DNA of 64,000 nt. It comes from Eledone cirrhosa. Lineage: Eukaryota. The notes beneath the pieces were generated by a model. The model was not told the DNA's origin, did not search any database, and saw only the letters and a program-made list of their open reading frames with translations. Positions 56,500 through 64,000 of this stretch are shown in pieces. The position numbers and the translations under genes are program-made. Each line of letters starts with the position of its first letter. Positions within the stretch are counted from its first letter, which is position 1. The stretch is taken from positions 41,106,001 to 41,170,000 of the forward strand of contig OZ024745.1 of the NCBI GenBank assembly GCA_964016885.1, written 5' to 3'.

Positions 56500-59400
56500 T
56501 CTTAATTTCGAGTATATTTTTGATCGGCCACCTTCCTGGTGGCAAGGTTGTAAAGGAAAAGAAATTGTCATCTCTTGAATCGCAAAAATGTTCGGCAAAC
56601 TTTGAAGGTGCCAGCTATCGCAGCCATTTGTAGACTATGAATTAGGGAGCTGTGCTCTTTGTCCGCAAATCCAAGTTCAGTTATACATTGGTCCAAGCGG
56701 GTTGGTATATAACCCGTAGCTCCAATAATGATAGGTATGAAGCTAAAGGTGTATCATGGATACTAGATTTGAAAACTCCTCATCAATGATCCGTAGATGT
56801 CCTCCTTCTCCTGTATTTTTCTGCCAACGTTTACATCAAGTCGGCAGCTGATCTCTACAACAGAACAGGTTTTCAATGTGTGGTCCCAAACAACAATATC
56901 AGGCCGTTTGTGCTTTAATTTGGTGGCAGTTTTTATTTTCAGGTTCCACCAGTATTCTTTAGTGGCATCTGTCTCAATATATTCTTCCTCGTTTGTTTTT
57001 AATTTTGTTTTCCGACGTGCGTTCCAGATTGTTCTAGCTATCCCATCGTGTCTTATGGGGAGGTAGTAGCGATATGATATTCTTTCGCAGTTGGCAACAA
57101 GGTGGCTTACATCTTTGATCTTTGTTTTACATAGCCTACATTTATTGTCAGCTGATGGCCCTCCTCTTTTGTGTAGCAGATATTTGATAGGGAGTTCTTG
57201 TTCTTGTATTGCATAGAGATATCCCTCAAGGTGTGATGTCATAAACTTGTCGGAACTCCATGCCAGGCTTTTTGAGTGGTGTATCCCCTCTATGGTCTGT
57301 GTTTTACGTCTCAATTATCCATGCGCAACTTTTTCTGTAAACTGGTCAATTTTTTCTTCTTGTTTAACCATTGAATAGGATCTTCCGATTTCTCTGGTGG
57401 TGAGATTTATATCAGGCTTTATTCCATATCTCTTCTCCAGATCAGTGGCTAGCCTAATGATATTTTCTTCTTCATGCTCATAAACCTGGGCAAGATGGTT
57501 GCCAACAATTTTCCTCTGTTGAAGATGTTGCTTCAGTGTTACTATCCGGGTCTCATATGATGTTAATATGGATTTTAGACCCCGGCCACCTTCCTTGCGT
57601 GAGAAGTATAGCCTATCCACATCACCATTAATGTTAAAGTTTCCAGTAACACTGAGAAGTTTGCGAGTTCTAACATCCATCGCACTTAGATCTTGCAATG
57701 ACCAGTTCAGCAGGATAAATGTTGGCGTTAGAATTGGCACAGCTTAAGTATTGTGGGCAATCTACTTGTTGTACGCTGACAGTTCTGATGACCATATTTT
57801 CTTTACTCTTCTGAGGTAGTCAGTTCTGGTTCTCTCCTTCTTTATGGGTCCATCATATCTGACATTCTCATCCTGTCTAAAATATCTGTAGTTGTCCCCT
57901 GAATGTAGAGGTTGTATTGTCAGGCCGTTCATCTCTAGATTTCTAGAGGACTGCACAGCTCTTCCATGTTTTACTGCCAGATGTGTACACTTGGACTCAT
58001 CAAATTTCATTTTGATGTCTGTTTAATATTGTGTAATGAGGTCCAATTGTTTCTTGATGTCGTTGATATTTTGCCCATACAACTTCAAGTCATCAACAAT
58101 GAAAAGATAGGAGATACTTCTGGACCCACTTCTTTGTCCACCTTGTTTCCTGAGTAGGTAAGATAGTGGATTTAGTGATAGAACGAAGAGTAGTACTGAC
58201 AAGCTATCACCCTGAAAGATACCTTTATGGTAATGTATCTTATCAGTCTTAACTTGCTCCTTCTCACCTCTAAGTATCAAATTGGTGTACCAGTTCTTGG
58301 TCAGACGTTCAATAGCAGCTACCAGTGGTTGTGGGACTTTGGCTATCTGCAAAGCCTTAAAAATCCACCCATGAGGTACACTATCAAATGCTTTTTGATA
58401 GTCCAGCCACACCACTGTCATGTTTCTGCGATTTTTTTTTTCTTGAATCATTTTATTTGTTAGTAGGTGAGCTATGCAACCCCACACATCCCTCTTTCCA
58501 CCAGCTTGCTCAGGTCTTATAATGGTGTTGGTAGCACAATGTACCTGTAAGAACAGATTAAGGCACCCAGTATATAATTTATACATGATGGCAGGCTATT
58601 GGGCGGTGATTTTTAACAAGGGTGGTTTGGCTATTTTGGGGAATGAGGAGAGTAGTGGCGGCTGATAACCATTTGGGCAGTTCTTGTGTGCCTTTAATGG
58701 TTTCTGTAAACAGCCGTATGAGATCTTGCCGATAGAAAGTGAAATTCTTCAACCAGTATCCTTTTACGAGGTCTGGGCCTGGTGATTTCCTATTCGACAT
58801 TTTCTGTAGAGCTGTTTCCAGTATTGACCCATTTATGTCATATTGTTTTGTCTGGACATGTTGGCAGTAGTTCTGTTCCAGTTCTTTTAGCCATTTAGTT
58901 TGTCTGTTGAATCCGTCATCCGTTTCCGATACAGATCTCCAGTTACTCTCAACCTGTTCTTTTGAAGGGGTGTCATTTACAGAGATTTAGCTTTTGCCAC
59001 TGAAGCTGCGATAAATTGATTTAGGATCTCTGGGAAACAATCTATTTAGCACTTGTTGTTTATGTGCTGTTGACTTATATTTTAGTCTTTCTGTTGTAGC
59101 TGTGAGTTGTTGTTTCAACTGGTGTAATTTGGAGTTTAAAGTTTTAAATTTGTATCTCCAAATCGTCTCTCTAATTTTTTTCTTACGTCTTCCGGGTGTC
59201 GTGTGAAGTTGCTCTCTATGTTGCATTTCATAACGACTACGATGTGTGAGATACTTCGTCTCAGGGACAAAATTTTGCTTTTTAAATTTCGCATCCACGC
59301 TGGTTCAGGCTTTTTGTTTGTATCTTGATAGCGTGGTTTTAGATGTTTTTTATATAATAGCAATGTGACAGCTGAAACATATAACAAAATATTAAGCATT

Positions 59401-59512
59401 TCAAATGTCGTTTCTACACCTTTGGATCGTATAGCCTTCAGATAATTGTCAACTATTTCATTCACCGCTTCCAATTCCAATTTAGTGGGTTCTTTACTGT
59501 GTATCTCTTGAA
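56500..59512 (-). mobile_element. Decayed R4/Dong-like RLE LINE (a different family from 2190-4148)
   Basis: KSPGPD, RPIAC, WLDYQKAFDSVPH, GIFQGDSLS, FIVDDLKLY, GGRGL, CRLC..HLVANC, RHD, RPDIVV..VEIS. Confidence 0.9.
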
Positions 59513-59549
59513 ACACATACATATGTATGTATGTATGTGTATATATATG

Positions 59550-59586
<37 letters not shown>

Positions 59587-59591
<5 letters not shown>

Positions 59592-62500
59592 TAAGTTAAA
59601 GATGTACATCCATATATGTATACTGAAATACTAGTATGTATATGAATACACACACGTATACATATGTAGATGTACCAAGTTTTTTCACTGGTCACTTTAC
59701 TGTGAGTGGCCAGCTATTCTGTATGTAAACACACAGACAAACCGGTTTTTAGAGTCATACTGGTTTTTGAGGAAACACCTTTCCTCTATTCTCCAGAAAG
59801 CCAGACAAGGAATATTGAACTAGTTTCGTTGTTGTTACAACTCATCAGCAATATTTACCTATCTTCCGGCCTCTCTAGAGAATCGTAAAAGCACATATCG
59901 TTATATGCTTTTTCTATGAAAATTAGTAGTGGGCAGACTAATTTGCATAGAGTGTGAGTAAGTACCGGTTCAACGGAGACGATAAAAACAAATAACGAAA
60001 CGAAATTAAATTTCGTTTCGTTTGTAACTCACTTTTGTATGACTGACGCTTAAACAATTAAGTTAAAGATGTACATCCATATATGTATACTGAAATACTA
60101 GTATGTATATGAATACACACACGTATACATATGTAGATGTACCAAGTTTTTTCACTGGTCACTTTACTGTGAGTGGCCAGCTATTCTGTATGTAAACACA
60201 CAGACAAACCGGTTTTTAGAGTCATACTGGTTTTTGAGGAAACACCTTTCCTCTATTCTCCAGAAAGCCAGACAAGGAATATTGAACTAGTTTCGTTGTT
60301 GTTACAACTCATCAGCAATATTTACCTATCTTCCGGCCTCTCTAGAGAATCGTAAAAGCACATATCGTTATATGCTTTTTCTATGAAAATTAGTAGTGGG
60401 CAGACTAATTTGCATAGAGTGTGAGTAAGTACCGGTTCAACGGAGACGATAAAAACAAATAACGAAACGAAATTAAATTTCGTTTCGTTTGTAACTCACT
60501 TTTGTATGACTGACGCTTAAACAATTAAGTTAAAGATGTACATCCATATATGTATACTGAAATACTAGTATGTATATGAATACACACACGTATACATATG
60601 TAGATGTACCAAGTTTTTTCACTGGTCACTTTACTGTGAGTGGCCAGCTATTCTGTATGTAAACACACAGACAAACCGGTTTTTAGAGTCATACTGGTTT
60701 TTGAGGAAACACCTTTCCTCTATTCTCCAGAAAGCCAGACAAGGAATATTGAACTAGTTTCGTTGTTGTTACAACTCATCAGCAATATTTACCTATCTTC
60801 CGGCCTCTCTAGAGAATCGTAAAAGCACATATCGTTATATGCTTTTTCTATGAAAATTAGTAGTGGGCAGACTAATTTGCATAGAGTGTGAGTAAGTACC
60901 GGTTCAACGGAGACGATAAAAACAAATAACGAAACGAAATTAAATTTCGTTTCGTTTGTAACTCACTTTTGTATGACTGACGCTTAAACAATTAAGTTAA
61001 AGATGTACATCCATATATGTATACTGAAATACTAGTATGTATATGAATACACACACGTATACATATGTAGATGTACCAAGTTTTTTCACTGGTCACTTTA
61101 CTGTGAGTGGCCAGCTATTCTGTATGTAAACACACAGACAAACCGGTTTTTAGAGTCATACTGGTTTTTGAGGAAACACCTTTCCTCTATTCTCCAGAAA
61201 GCCAGACAAGGAATATTGAACTAGTTTCGTTGTTGTTACAACTCATCAGCAATATTTACCTATCTTCCGGCCTCTCTAGAGAATCGTAAAAGCACATATC
61301 GTTATATGCTTTTTCTATGAAAATTAGTAGTGGGCAGACTAATTTGCATAGAGTGTGAGTAAGTACCGGTTCAACGGAGACGATAAAAACAAATAACGAA
61401 ACGAAATTAAATTTCGTTTCGTTTGTAACTCACTTTTGTATGACTGACGCTTAAACAATTAAGTTAAAGATGTACATCCATATATGTATACTGAAATACT
61501 AGTATGTATATGAATACACACACGTATACATATGTAGATGTACCAAGTTTTTTCACTGGTCACTTTACTGTGAGTGGCCAGCTATTCTGTATGTAAACAC
61601 ACAGACAAACCGGTTTTTAGAGTCATACTGGTTTTTGAGGAAACACCTTTCCTCTATTCTCCAGAAAGCCAGACAAGGAATATTGAACTAGTTTCGTTGT
61701 TGTTACAACTCATCAGCAATATTTACCTATCTTCCGGCCTCTCTAGAGAATCGTAAAAGCACATATCGTTATATGCTTTTTCTATGAAAATTAGTAGTGG
61801 GCAGACTAATTTGCATAGAGTGTGAGTAAGTACCGGTTCAACGGAGACGATAAAAACAAATAACGAAACGAAATTAAATTTCGTTTCGTTTGTAACTCAC
61901 TTTTGTATGACTGACGCTTAAACAATTAAGTTAAAGATGTACATCCATATATGTATACTGAAATACTAGTATGTATATGAATACACACACGTATACATAT
62001 GTAGATGTACCAAGTTTTTTCACTGGTCACTTTACTGTGAGTGGCCAGCTATTCTGTATGTAAACACACAGACAAACCGGTTTTTAGAGTCATACTGGTT
62101 TTTGAGGAAACACCTTTCCTCTATTCTCCAGAAAGCCAGACAAGGAATATTGAACTAGTTTCGTTGTTGTTACAACTCATCAGCAATATTTACCTATCTT
62201 CCGGCCTCTCTAGAGAATCGTAAAAGCACATATCGTTATATGCTTTTTCTATGAAAATTAGTAGTGGGCAGACTAATTTGCATAGAGTGTGAGTAAGTAC
62301 CGGTTCAACGGAGACGATAAAAACAAATAACGAAACGAAATTAAATTTCGTTTCGTTTGTAACTCACTTTTGTATGACTGACGCTTAAACAATTAAGTTA
62401 AAGATGTACATCCATATATGTATACTGAAATACTAGTATGTATATGAATACACACACGTATACATATGTAGATGTACCAAGTTTTTTCACTGGTCACTTT

Positions 62501-63338
62501 ACTGTGAGTGGCCAGCTATTCTGTATGTAAACACACAGACAAACCGGTTTTTAGAGTCATACTGGTTTTTGAGGAAACACCTTTCCTCTATTCTCCAGAA
62601 AGCCAGACAAGGAATATTGAACTAGTTTCGTTGTTGTTACAACTCATCAGCAATATTTACCTATCTTCCGGCCTCTCTAGAGAATCGTAAAAGCACATAT
62701 CGTTATATGCTTTTTCTATGAAAATTAGTAGTGGGCAGACTAATTTGCATAGAGTGTGAGTAAGTACCGGTTCAACGGAGACGATAAAAACAAATAACGA
62801 AACGAAATTAAATTTCGTTTCGTTTGTAACTCACTTTTGTATGACTGACGCTTAAACAATTAAGTTAAAGATGTACATCCATATATGTATACTGAAATAC
62901 TAGTATGTATATGAATACACACACGTATACATATGTAGATGTACCAAGTTTTTTCACTGGTCACTTTACTGTGAGTGGCCAGCTATTCTGTATGTAAACA
63001 CACAGACAAACCGGTTTTTAGAGTCATACTGGTTTTTGAGGAAACACCTTTCCTCTATTCTCCAGAAAGCCAGACAAGGAATATTGAACTAGTTTCGTTG
63101 TTGTTACAACTCATCAGCAATATTTACCTATCTTCCGGCCTCTCTAGAGAATCGTAAAAGCACATATCGTTATATGCTTTTTCTATGAAAATTAGTAGTG
63201 GGCAGACTAATTTGCATAGAGTGTGAGTAAGTACCGGTTCAACGGAGACGATAAAAACAAATAACGAAACGAAATTAAATTTCGTTTCGTTTGTAACTCA
63301 CTTTTGTATGACTGACGCTTAAACAATTAAGTTAAAGA
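59587..63338 (-). repeat. Tandem array of 467-bp hammerhead-containing units (8 full units + 16 bp); retrozyme-like
   Basis: Unit start ACAATTAAGTTAAAGA recurs at 59587+467n up to 63323. The same 60-aa ORF recurs every 467 bp. One hammerhead per unit on the minus strand. The left end abuts a (TA)n tract. Confidence 0.95.
59811..59855 (-). ncRNA. Minimal type I hammerhead ribozyme (also 60278-60322, 60745-60789, 61212-61256, 61679-61723, 62146-62190, 62613-62657, 63080-63124)
   Basis: Minus strand reads AATATTG-CTGATGA-GTTGT(AACA)ACAAC-GAAA-CTAG-TT-CAATATT: 7-bp stem I, intact CUGAUGA/GAAA core, 5-bp stem II, palindromic stem III, GUU triplet. Confidence 0.92.
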
Positions 63339-64000
63339 AGATAGGTAAATATTGCTGATGAGTTGTAACAACAACGAAACTAGTTCAATATTCCTTGTCT
63401 GGCTTTCTGGAGAATAGAGGAAAGGTGTTTCCTCAAAAACCAGTATGACTCTAAAAACCGGTTTGTCTGTGTGTTTACATACAGAATAGCTGGCCACTCA
63501 CAGTAAAGTGACCAGTGAAAAAACTTGGTACATCTACATATGTATACGTGTGTGTATTCATATACATACTAGTATTTCAGTATACATATATGGATGTACA
63601 TCTTTAACTTAATTGTTTAAGCGTCAGTCATACAAAAGTGAGTTACAAACGAAACGAAATTTAATTTCGTTTCGTTATTTGTTTTTATCGTCTCCGTTGA
63701 ACCGGTACTTACTCACACTCTATGCAAATTAGTCTGCCCACTACTAATTTTCATAGAAAAAGCATATAACGATATGTGCTTTTACGATTCTCTAGAGAGG
63801 CCGGAAGATAGGTAAATATTGCTGATGAGTTGTAACAACAACGAAACTAGTTCAATATTCCTTGTCTGGCTTTCTGGAGAATAGAGGAAAGGTGTTTCCT
63901 CAAAAACCAGTATGACTCTAAAAACCGGTTTGTCTGTGTGTTTACATACAGAATAGCTGGCCACTCACAGTAAAGTGACCAGTGAAAAAACTTGGTACAT
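63337..64000 (+). repeat. Inverted arm of the 467-bp array (>1.4 units, runs off the window)
   Basis: From 63337 the sequence is the reverse complement of the unit (GAAGATAGGTAAATATTGCTGATGAG...), and the 60-aa ORF appears on the opposite strand at 63782-63964. Confidence 0.95.
63348..63392 (+). ncRNA. Minimal hammerhead ribozyme in the inverted arm (second copy 63815-63859)
   Basis: AATATTGCTGATGAGTTGTAACAACAACGAAACTAGTTCAATATT read directly on the plus strand. Confidence 0.92.

Noticed and set aside
59706-59888. Repeated 60-aa ORF (MASYSVCK...) as a tandem gene cluster
   Set aside because: GTG start, no recognisable motif, antisense to the ribozyme; the repetition just follows the DNA unit.
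59587-63338. CRISPR-like array
   Set aside because: Units are identical with no variable spacers, there are no cas genes, and the context is eukaryotic.

Overview
AT-rich, (TA)n/(CA)n-riddled animal genomic DNA. The SINE family and repeat landscape suggest a cephalopod, probably Octopus (inference). No intact protein-coding gene is visible; most track ORFs are microsatellite translations. The window is a mosaic of decayed retroelements: two R4/Dong-like RLE LINEs, one Tx1/L1-like LINE, an RTE fragment with a 5' inversion, several Penelope-like elements (PLEs; one Neptune-like, several Naiad-like), two Tc1/mariner remnants and many tRNA-derived SINEs. The main signal is a ribozyme system. At 59587-64000 there is an array of apparently identical 467-bp non-coding, highly structured units, each carrying one minimal type I hammerhead ribozyme. 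Eight units lie on the minus strand, followed by a sharp inversion into plus-strand units. This is the architecture expected of a non-LTR retrozyme (circular-RNA-forming element) copied by PLE machinery. About 15 further intact or decayed hammerhead motifs from several families, and many fold-back hairpin mini-insertions in (TA)n tracts, are spread through the window. All motifs were read by eye; boundaries of decayed elements are approximate.
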